This document shows positions 1 to 7,856 of a stretch of DNA of 20,000 nt, one piece after another. The stretch is from Pelagomonas calceolata (lineage: Eukaryota): assembly GCA_918797485.1 (NCBI GenBank), contig CAKKNE010000001.1:6257008-6277007 (forward strand), given 5' to 3'. The notes beneath the pieces were generated by a model. That model was not told where the DNA came from. It searched no databases and was given only the letters and a program-made list of their open reading frames with translations. The first letter of the stretch is position 1. Each line of letters opens with the position of its first letter. The translations under genes and the position numbers were made by a program.

Positions 1-600
1 GGCGGCGGTGGCGGCTCGAGCCCCGGCGCGACCGGCTCGTTCGACATGTCGGGTCCCACGAATTGCGGCGGCGGCGACGGCGGCCTCCTGCGAACTGCCG
101 TAAAGCGCGGCGGAAATATGCGCGACGCACCTATTATCGAACACCTGAAGCTGCCCGCCATCCATTGCAATTTCCCCGCCCAGCAGCCTTGCGCGTGCGC
201 CTGCGTCGGACGGCGTCAGCCGACGAGAGCTACTAAAAAATGACGCGGCGGGCGCACGAGCCATTGATGCAGTCGCGGGCTTCGGCGGTGGCGGTGGTCC
301 GCGCCGCCGTCCGCGGTCTCTCCCTCGTCTGTCGTTGTTGTTGCGTCCGCCGCCTCCTATGGGAACGAAAGACTCGCGGGCGAGCGAGAAAACAAATTAA
401 TGAGCCAGGCACGTCGTCGCGCCGTGATCTCTTCGTCTCCGTCGATCATAGCTCCTTGACCTTGACCGGCTGCGGCCGCGCCGCCGGCCGCGGCTCCGAG
501 ACCTTGACCGTCGTCGATCCTCGTGCCGGCGCTCGCCACCACCGCTGGAGCGGTGGTCGCGCCGGTCGTCGCGGCGATCACGATCACCGTAACGACCCAT
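1..600 (-). CDS. RS/RD-rich protein (splicing-factor-like N-terminus), 5' part only; exons 600-423, 356-258, 200-131, 87-<1
   Basis: ATG at 600 gives MGRYGDRDRRDDRR...RSRSRSRGRRRGRSRSRSRSYDRRRRRDH. Removing introns 422-357 (GC-AG), 257-201 (GTGCG..GCTGAC..GCAG) and 130-88 (GTGCG..GCAG) gives one open frame ...GGGGGRNNNDRRGRDRGRRRGPPPPPKPATASMARARARLLGGEIAMDGGQLQVFDNRRPPSPPPQFVGPDMSNEPVAPGLEPPPP to the window edge. No folded domain is visible, so the family is unassigned. Confidence 0.75.
357..422 (-). other. Predicted GC-AG spliceosomal intron (66 nt)
   Basis: G|GCGCGA...AT-rich...TTCGTTCCCATAG|GA on the minus strand. This donor keeps the downstream exons open; the nearby GT donor leads to a TAA in exon 3. 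Confidence 0.6.
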
Positions 601-823
601 TTTGCAGCCCAGGTGAAGCGGAATGGCTCCAAATGCGCGAGCCCAAATCGATAATGCTAGCGTTGTATAGACGCACTAGAGGAGGCCTGAAGGCTGACCC
701 CGCACCTTTCCGACGCGCGGTATACGTGCTGTTTGCAAATAGAAGCCCGCGGCTTCGGGCTGGCGGCCAGCGTGCTGCCAGTGTCGTCGTTTGGCCCTTG
801 CTGGAGGCTGCCCAAACGCCACG

Positions 824-2701
824 ATGAGGGCCGCATTGTACAACGAAAGTCGCGCGCTGCGCCTCGCGAACCAGGCCGACTCGCGGCGAAGCGCGGCCTG
901 CCTGCCGCGGGGCTGCGACTTCGGGACGGAGGACCGAGCAACCGAAAGCGGGGCGCTGCCGCGGCGCGCGGGGCGACCGCGACCGGCGGGTCGCAGCATC
1001 GATGCCGACGACGGCGTGCCGGCGGCGTACCTGCGGCCGGCGGGTCGGAGGGCTCCGGTCGTCGACGACGCGCGAGACGACGACATCGTCATTATTGTGA
1101 GAGGCGGCCGGCGGCGCGAAGCTGCCGCTGAGCAGCGCGTAGTCTACGTCGACCAGGGTCCCTCGACGAGGTACGACGAGAGGTACGCCGACGACGAGGA
1201 TTTCGTCGACGCGCGTGAGCCGGTCCCGCCGCGACGCTGGGACCTGCCGCGCCGCGACGTGGCGCCGCCGGCGTTCTTCCCGGCGCCGATCCGCGACGAC
1301 CGCAAGGCTGTCGCGTGGGAAGTACCGACTTCCACGGAGCAGCGCGCGCGGACGGCGTTCGGCGCCGGCCGACGCCTCGCGCGAGCGCGCGGTCGGCCCG
1401 CGGAGGAACCGCTGCCTGCGCCGCCACCAAAGGCACTGCCACCAACGCCACCGACGGCACAGACGCCGCCGGATTCGTCCAGCAGCGACGACGAGCCCGC
1501 CACCTTGAACGAAAGCGACGTCTTCGAGGCGACGGCGGGCGCGATCCGCGAAGTTGATGCCTTGCGCGCCGCGGCCATCGACGGGTCTCTGACGCTGAAG
1601 ATGACGCGCGCTGCCGTCGTAGACAGACTCAAATTGGGCGCGGGCGGCGACAGGCTCCTGAAGAGGACCTACAAGGAGTGCATGAAGGCCGCGATGCTCG
1701 AGGTCGCGGGAGCGTTGCAGCTGGACCAGTCCCCTGCTGTGCACGACGCGATGTCGCAGCTGGGGGCGATCTTGAATGTGTCCGAGCGGCCGGCCGAGGC
1801 CGCCGCGGTGGACCTGGCGCTCTTGGACGAAATTCGCGAAGAGCGATCCGAGCAACCTGCCGTCACGGTGGACCTCGCCGCCGACGACGAGTCGGCGCCG
1901 TCGAGCAGCACGCCCTCCGTGACGTCGGCCTCGCCGCCAGCGTACCCTGAGGAGCCGTTCTCGCCGGCGTGGGCGGACTTGACGCTGGCGGCGCCGGCCG
2001 TTCCCGTCGGCCTGGGACCCCTCCCGCCGGACTCGGCCCTGGCGGCGCGGGCGGCGATGCCAACGAGCTCGTCCTCGTCCTCATCCGACGACGACATGCC
2101 CTCGCTGTCGAGCAGCGTGGCGTCGCCAGCGCCCGCAGCTGCGTCCCCGGCCGGAGCCCCGACGTCGGACCACGCACGATGCCGGACCACGCCCGATCCA
2201 GCGGGGGCCCTGCAGTTCGAAGCGACGCCGACGTCAGCCGCGGCGGCGGAGCTGGAACACTCGCCGGCGTCCGTGACGACGCCATCGTCGACGCTGTCCT
2301 TTGCCACGCCGGTCGCAGGATCGCCGGGCCGCGGGACGCAGACGCAGCGCGCGGCCACCACGTCGCCTGTACGCGGGACGCAGACTGAAACGCCACGACA
2401 CGCGGCGGCGACGTGCGGCACGCAGACGCCGCCGCCTCAGGTCTACGTCGCCTCGCCGGAGAGCGTCATGCGGAGCGTCGCGGCGGCGTCGGCGCGGCCG
2501 CGCGCGGTCGAATTGGAGAAGTCGATGCGAGAATTGGATCTCCTTGTTGGCGAATTGGAACGCGCCGCCACGCGGGCCTCGCCCGCGACGACGGCGTCTC
2601 CGATTCTGTCGCCGCCCTCGGACGCGCAGATTGAGGAGCGGCTTTCTTCCGCGCGACGGCATCGCGCTGAAGCTGTCGCGACTAAGGATACTGGTTTGTA
2701 A
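824..2701 (+). CDS. Hypothetical, largely disordered S/T/P/A-rich protein with short linear motifs and a short C-terminal coiled coil
   Basis: Long ORF with first ATG at 824 (the track start at 791 is TTG), divergent from the RS gene, followed by an AT-rich gap after TAA. Low-complexity tracts (SSSSSSSDDD, PPP), three TQT motifs and a heptad-like segment ELEKSMRELDLLVGELERAA. No recognisable domain. Confidence 0.65.
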   Translation: MRAALYNESRALRLANQADSRRSAACLPRGCDFGTEDRATESGALPRRAGRPRPAGRSIDADDGVPAAYLRPAGRRAPVVDDARDDDIVIIVRGGRRREAAAEQRVVYVDQGPSTRYDERYADDEDFVDAREPVPPRRWDLPRRDVAPPAFFPAPIRDDRKAVAWEVPTSTEQRARTAFGAGRRLARARGRPAEEPLPAPPPKALPPTPPTAQTPPDSSSSDDEPATLNESDVFEATAGAIREVDALRAAAIDGSLTLKMTRAAVVDRLKLGAGGDRLLKRTYKECMKAAMLEVAGALQLDQSPAVHDAMSQLGAILNVSERPAEAAAVDLALLDEIREERSEQPAVTVDLAADDESAPSSSTPSVTSASPPAYPEEPFSPAWADLTLAAPAVPVGLGPLPPDSALAARAAMPTSSSSSSSDDDMPSLSSSVASPAPAAASPAGAPTSDHARCRTTPDPAGALQFEATPTSAAAAELEHSPASVTTPSSTLSFATPVAGSPGRGTQTQRAATTSPVRGTQTETPRHAAATCGTQTPPPQVYVASPESVMRSVAAASARPRAVELEKSMRELDLLVGELERAATRASPATTASPILSPPSDAQIEERLSSARRHRAEAVATKDTGL

Positions 2702-2720
2702 GTTTAAACACACTTAGTCC

Positions 2721-5700
2721 CTAGAGAGGGTTCGTCGTCGGCGGGTACCGGCGAAGCAGGTCCTCCTTGGCGAGGCGGACCCAGTCCTCGAGCTCGAGCG
2801 TCTCCAACAGCTCCGCCTTGGCGTCGTGGAGCGCCTGATTACAAGTACCGTCCAATTTGGCAACCTTCAACCGCGCCCGGATCGCGGCGAGGGCGGCGCC
2901 GGGGCGGCCGCGGTTCGCGTCGCGCCGCGCGTGCGCGAGCACGTAGGTGTCCCTATCGTCGTCCTCCGCGAACGTGGTGACCTCCGGAGCCCAGCGATCG
3001 AGCTCGTCGACGGCGTCGTCCGACGAGAGCGCCATCGCCCGATAGAGAAGCGCGTGCCTCAGCGCGGCGCGCTGCTCGTCCATGTCGTCGCCCCGCTTTT
3101 TCGCGGCCGCGCCGTCGCGGGGTTCTTTCCGGCCAAAGTAAGACGCGACGGCGTCCGCATCCACGTCTCCCAGGATCGCATCCGCGGCGGCGACGACTCT
3201 ATTCGCTGCGTCGGCCTTGTCGGTGGCCTTGTTGAGACGTGCCACGGCATCGTCGAGAATTTCTCGGAGGAAGGGAAGGTGGCTCGGGTGCTCGGTCCTG
3301 ATTGAGGCCGCGAGAGCGTCGAATCGGCTCGGCGGATCCGTGCCCCGCAACGCCTTCAAAGCAGAAATCTGGGCGTCGCGGACGGCCTCGGTCAGCGCCT
3401 CCGCGTCCTTCTCCTCGTCGGACTTTTCCTCGTCGTCATCCGTCGCGTCGTCTTTCTTCTCAGGCGTCGCGGGCGGCGGCGGCTCGTACGCCAGCGGCAC
3501 GTGCACGCGATCGTCGTCGAGTTCCTTGTCCAGCACGAGCGAGCCCACGAGCGTGTCGCCGCGCTCAACCCACGCGGGCAGCTTTCCGTCGGGGCGGCGG
3601 ACGTAGATGGCGCGCCGCGCGTCCTTGCGGAGGAAGCCATCTTTGAGCGCCTCGCCGCCGACGGTCGCCGTGCCGCGATCCTTGACGATCGGACACGTCA
3701 TCGGATCCTTGAGGTTGAAACGCAAGCGCGCGGGGAGATCCTTCATGTCCTCGAGCGCGGCCCGGTCCGTGTGGCGCAACAATACCTCGAGGGCGTACTT
3801 GCCCGCGCGGAGCGACAGCGGCTTGGCGTCGTGAATGAGACCGCCGTGCGCCAGAATCTGCCCGTTCTGATCCTTGACGCGCCAGATCGCGCCGTCGATC
3901 GGCGAATCGTAGAGTTGCTTATGGAGCGCGGACAGCTGCGGCACGACCGTGTGCCCGACCGAAGCGTCGTCCGCATTGGCGGCTTTGAGTTCGAAATCGT
4001 AGGTCAGCAAAGCTTCGTGCACAAGCGCCGCCGGCGCTGCCGGGTCCGCGCGCAGCTCGGCGTCGGACGGCGGGAGTGCGTCCAGGACGGCCGAGCCGGC
4101 GCGGACGAGAGACTTCGTCGGGCGCAGCGCGCGGTCGACGGCTTTTAGCGACGCCTCGGCGTCGATGGTCTCGGATCGGAGCGGCGCTCCCACTTCCAGG
4201 CGACCGTACTCGTCCGCGGCGCCGATGCGGACGCCGACCGACGAGTCGCCGGCGCCGGCGGCTCCGAGCTGCTCCCCGAGCCCGTACGAGTGGAACTCGA
4301 CCTCCATGTCCAGCGGCACGTCGTCGACCGGATTGCTCATCCACCCCAATGCCACGCAGAGCTCGAGCGTCGCGCCGCCTTGGCACGGGACGATGATGGT
4401 CTTCTCATCATCAGGCCGGAGCATCGGGTACTCCTTCGTCTGAGACTCCGTGTTTGGCAGATCGCCGCGCGCAGAAGGTACGGCGTGAAAGGTCACCGCG
4501 TGGGGGCCCTTTGGCAGCGCGCCCGTCTTCAGCTTGACCTTGGCAAACTCCGCACCACTAGGCGCGCGCACGAAGCGGCGCTCCGGCACGCCGCCTCGCA
4601 GCGAGAGCGCGTACGATTCGTCCGCGCTCGTCCCTTTGAGGCCGTTGTGCGGCACAATCGCGGTGACGGGAAGCGTGAAGAGCGGGCCGCGGGTCGGGTC
4701 GGTCGCGTCGCGTCCTTCGACCCGCGTAAAGTGCGCGCCCGGCGGCAGACTAGCAGCATCGATCTTGATCTGGAACGATTGCGGCCGCGCCGCGACGCCT
4801 GACTGCAGCACGAGGCTCGCGGGCGTCGTGACCCAGTCCGCGGCGCAGCTCAGCGCCACGTCGACGTCGAGCTTCAGCACCTCCTCGACCTCGGCTTCGT
4901 CGCGGCTCGTCGCGTGCGCGAAGCGAGGCTTGACCTGGACACCAACCACACCGCCGCCGCCCGCCGCCGGCGACAGGACTTGGCCCGCATCTCTCAAGTA
5001 GACGCCGCGCGCGTCGCCCTGGGACGGCACCGTGACGTCAAAGGCGAGGTCGTGGGCCGTTTTTCCCGCGTGGGTCTCCAGATACGTCACCGCTGCTGGC
5101 GCGTCGATGAGTCCAAAGCCCTGGGCGAACGGGTCCGCCGACGGCACCGGCTTGCAGGTCGACTCCAGCGCGCGCCGGAGCGCCGGCGGCGAGGGCCGGT
5201 CCTCGCGCGCGAGGGCCGACAGTACGCAGGCCGCGACGCCGCAGGCGTTCGGCGAGGACATGGAAGTGCCGTGGTACTGCGCTCGGCCGGCGAGCATGTG
5301 GCGCGGTATCGGAGCGATGGCGCCGCCAGGCGCGCAGAGCGTCGGAATCCACCCGTCGGGCGTCGGCCCGCGGCTCGAGAACGTGTAGCTCGTGGCCGGG
5401 ACGTCTCCCTCGAGCATCGAGTACTGCTCGCGCATCATGGCCGGGGAGACGTAAGCACCAACAGTGATGGGCGCCGTGAGGCACCCCGGCGCGCCGAGCG
5501 ACGACAGCGCCGGGCCGTCGTTACCCGCCGACGTGAACACGGTCATGCTCCACTTCCGCACGGCGTCGTCGAACGTCTCGGCGACGCGTCCAGACGTAGA
5601 CTCGTAAAAGGGTTCCCCGTATGACAAGTTGATGAGGTCGACGCCGTACCGCTTGCAGGCCGCGAGCGCGCGGACGAGACCGGTGCCCGTTTCCGCGCTC

Positions 5701-6701
5701 CCGAGGCGGCCGTCGCCAATCTTTAGAGCGAGGATCTGGCAGCCGGGCGCGACGCCGTCCGCCGCGTCGTCCTCGGCTTCGAAATTGGCGGCTACGATGC
5801 CCGCCACGTGCGTGCCGTGACTCCCAGCATCGCACACGATCGAAAGCGCGCCGCCGTCGTCGAGGTCGCCAATCTGGAGGCAGAACGTGCAGGCGCTGCC
5901 GAAGCCAAACGTGCCGAGCTGGCGCTCGACCCCGAACGGCGCCATGGGGCTAGAGTCGGTGAGGTCTCCGGTTCCTTCCGCGTCGACCACCGCGCGCCAG
6001 CCGTTGTCGTCCCGGAACGCGACGACGTCGATCAGGGGCCCAGCGTCGTCGTAGTCGTCCTTCAGCAACGCGTCCAGCTCTTTCAGGCGCGCCTCGAGCT
6101 CCGTCTTCTTCGCCTTTTTTGCCGCGGCGGTCGCGTTGGCGCGCCCGCCCCAGACGAGCTCGTCCTCCGGCGATGGCGTCCAGTTCTCGGCGGCGTCGAG
6201 GTCGCGCTGCATCCGGGTCGCCGCCGCGCGATGCGTCGCCTCGAAGAGCTCCTTTCGCTCAGCCAGGACGCGCTCGCGCGTCGATCCCGGCAACAACGTC
6301 CATAAAGGAGCCGCGCCGACTCGGAATTCGTCGACAGAATCCGCCCAGGCGCCGAGCGTGAGCGTCGCGCCGGACGCGCCTTCGAGAGTTGTTCCGTCCT
6401 TTTTCCGGGAGACGCTCATGTCGATATCGCCACCGCCCGTGCAGTCCAGAAAATCAACATACTTCGGTTGGCCCGTCGATGTGGTTTGCAGGCCGGCCGC
6501 CGCCAGGTCGCAGCCCGTGTCGAGCACCGCGACGAGCACGCCGCGGCCGTCGGCGTCCGGGTTCGTGTCTCGAAGATACGAGACGCCCGTCTCGTCCTTT
6601 GGCAGCGTCGATGCTTGCATGCGAGTTCTTGCATGACGGACGCGTCTAGGTGAAAAACAGGTTGTGCTTGCCAGCAGTGCCGACAGCACGCACCACTGCA
6701 T
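2721..6701 (-). CDS. TPP2: Tripeptidyl-peptidase II (subtilisin family S8)
   Basis: TPP II N-terminal signature LPKDETG...DGRGVLVAVLDTG, catalytic His in GSHGTHVAGI, LKIGDGRLGSAETGTGL, oxyanion SAGNDGP, catalytic Ser in GTSMSSPNACG, and a long C-terminal region. Intronless. Start at 6701 (MQWCVLSALL) or 6731. Confidence 0.93.
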   Translation of the reverse strand: MQWCVLSALLASTTCFSPRRVRHARTRMQASTLPKDETGVSYLRDTNPDADGRGVLVAVLDTGCDLAAAGLQTTSTGQPKYVDFLDCTGGGDIDMSVSRKKDGTTLEGASGATLTLGAWADSVDEFRVGAAPLWTLLPGSTRERVLAERKELFEATHRAAATRMQRDLDAAENWTPSPEDELVWGGRANATAAAKKAKKTELEARLKELDALLKDDYDDAGPLIDVVAFRDDNGWRAVVDAEGTGDLTDSSPMAPFGVERQLGTFGFGSACTFCLQIGDLDDGGALSIVCDAGSHGTHVAGIVAANFEAEDDAADGVAPGCQILALKIGDGRLGSAETGTGLVRALAACKRYGVDLINLSYGEPFYESTSGRVAETFDDAVRKWSMTVFTSAGNDGPALSSLGAPGCLTAPITVGAYVSPAMMREQYSMLEGDVPATSYTFSSRGPTPDGWIPTLCAPGGAIAPIPRHMLAGRAQYHGTSMSSPNACGVAACVLSALAREDRPSPPALRRALESTCKPVPSADPFAQGFGLIDAPAAVTYLETHAGKTAHDLAFDVTVPSQGDARGVYLRDAGQVLSPAAGGGGVVGVQVKPRFAHATSRDEAEVEEVLKLDVDVALSCAADWVTTPASLVLQSGVAARPQSFQIKIDAASLPPGAHFTRVEGRDATDPTRGPLFTLPVTAIVPHNGLKGTSADESYALSLRGGVPERRFVRAPSGAEFAKVKLKTGALPKGPHAVTFHAVPSARGDLPNTESQTKEYPMLRPDDEKTIIVPCQGGATLELCVALGWMSNPVDDVPLDMEVEFHSYGLGEQLGAAGAGDSSVGVRIGAADEYGRLEVGAPLRSETIDAEASLKAVDRALRPTKSLVRAGSAVLDALPPSDAELRADPAAPAALVHEALLTYDFELKAANADDASVGHTVVPQLSALHKQLYDSPIDGAIWRVKDQNGQILAHGGLIHDAKPLSLRAGKYALEVLLRHTDRAALEDMKDLPARLRFNLKDPMTCPIVKDRGTATVGGEALKDGFLRKDARRAIYVRRPDGKLPAWVERGDTLVGSLVLDKELDDDRVHVPLAYEPPPPATPEKKDDATDDDEEKSDEEKDAEALTEAVRDAQISALKALRGTDPPSRFDALAASIRTEHPSHLPFLREILDDAVARLNKATDKADAANRVVAAADAILGDVDADAVASYFGRKEPRDGAAAKKRGDDMDEQRAALRHALLYRAMALSSDDAVDELDRWAPEVTTFAEDDDRDTYVLAHARRDANRGRPGAALAAIRARLKVAKLDGTCNQALHDAKAELLETLELEDWVRLAKEDLLRRYPPTTNPL

Positions 6702-6858
6702 CGTTCGTTGCACCGGTGCTTCTGTTGGCATAAATAACTGACAACTGACGATGTCTCGCGGTCCGTGCTAGCTCTACCGCAGCGCTTGGCTCGAGCTCGT
6801 GCTCTGCTGACAGGGAGAGCAAGGTCAGTTTTTGCGGTGTTTCGCCCTCCAAATCAGC

Positions 6859-7836
6859 ATGTCGCTGCTAAAACGCCTCACCCTGCTATGCGCAGCCCAA
6901 AGCACCACCGCACTCGTGCTCAACACCCTCAAATCAGCCACAGTCCTCAACCCTGCCACTGGCACACCAACACCGCTGCTCGACGGCCTCGCGACGTCGC
7001 GCAACGTGGTCGTACTGCTGCCGCAGGTCGGCGAGTTTGATAGCTACGAGTTCTGCGAGCAGCTCACGGCAGTAGCAGACGACCTGAAAGCTGCCGGTTT
7101 GGGTCTGCGCGTCGTCGGCGTTGGCGACGCAGACGCGGGCAAGCGCTTCGAGGCGTTCGTGGGTTTGCCGGAGGGCGGGCTGCGCGTCGACCCCTCAGCG
7201 ACCGTCCACCGAGAGCTCGGGCTCCACCGCGGCCCCGGCTGGAGCTGGCCCGAGTGGGTCTCGGACGACGCGCTGCGCTTCGTACTCGGGACGCTGCCCG
7301 GCGGGGCCCCGGACGACGCGGGACAGCTCAGGCCCGTTGGCGACGCGTGGTTGAATTACTTATTAATGTGCGCGGGCATCGGTGCGCCCGGTACGTTGCC
7401 GGAGATTGCGAGAGGGTACTTCGGCGACAAGAGCGCGCCGGAGCGGTTAAGGCCGGATGCCGTAGTCAGTGTCGGTGACGTAATAGAGATCGGACCGGGC
7501 GTCGGACCTGTAAAACTCGGTCCGTTCCGCTACGAGAACTCGTGGAAAGACGAAACCGGCTACCAGCGGCCCGTCGAGCTCGCTACTGTCCGCCTGCGGG
7601 CCATGGTTGAGGTTCTCGGGAACTGGGACGCCTACGTCAGCGACGCCCGCTATGTAGATGTGCGCGGCGCCACTTACATCGTCGACGGCGACGAGCTGCT
7701 CTACGAGTACAAGCACCGCGGCGTGCTCACGTACTCAGCGACGATGAGCCGGCCGCTGAGCTTTCTGGCGCCGTTCATCGGAGCGCGCGCGCTGAACCCG
7801 CTCGGCCTCGGGGACAACGGAGTATCCAGCGCCTAG
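6859..7836 (+). CDS. AhpC/TSA-like (peroxiredoxin-like, thioredoxin fold) protein of the cyanobacterial/algal type
   Basis: Motifs [89 protein letters not shown] match my recollection of the AhpC-TSA_2 family. N-terminal signal-like sequence. ATG at 6859. Confidence 0.85.
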   Translation: MSLLKRLTLLCAAQSTTALVLNTLKSATVLNPATGTPTPLLDGLATSRNVVVLLPQVGEFDSYEFCEQLTAVADDLKAAGLGLRVVGVGDADAGKRFEAFVGLPEGGLRVDPSATVHRELGLHRGPGWSWPEWVSDDALRFVLGTLPGGAPDDAGQLRPVGDAWLNYLLMCAGIGAPGTLPEIARGYFGDKSAPERLRPDAVVSVGDVIEIGPGVGPVKLGPFRYENSWKDETGYQRPVELATVRLRAMVEVLGNWDAYVSDARYVDVRGATYIVDGDELLYEYKHRGVLTYSATMSRPLSFLAPFIGARALNPLGLGDNGVSSA

Positions 7837-7856
7837 TGTTGTTGTTTAATTTAAGG

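Noticed and set aside
240..827. 195-aa plus-strand ORF
   Set aside because: It is antisense to the spliced RS gene, spans the promoter spacer and has no recognisable features.
584..1855. 423-aa minus-strand ORF and the many other long Arg/Ala-rich shadow ORFs
   Set aside because: They are antisense or off-frame to better-supported genes, lack motifs, and are expected from stop-codon scarcity at high GC.
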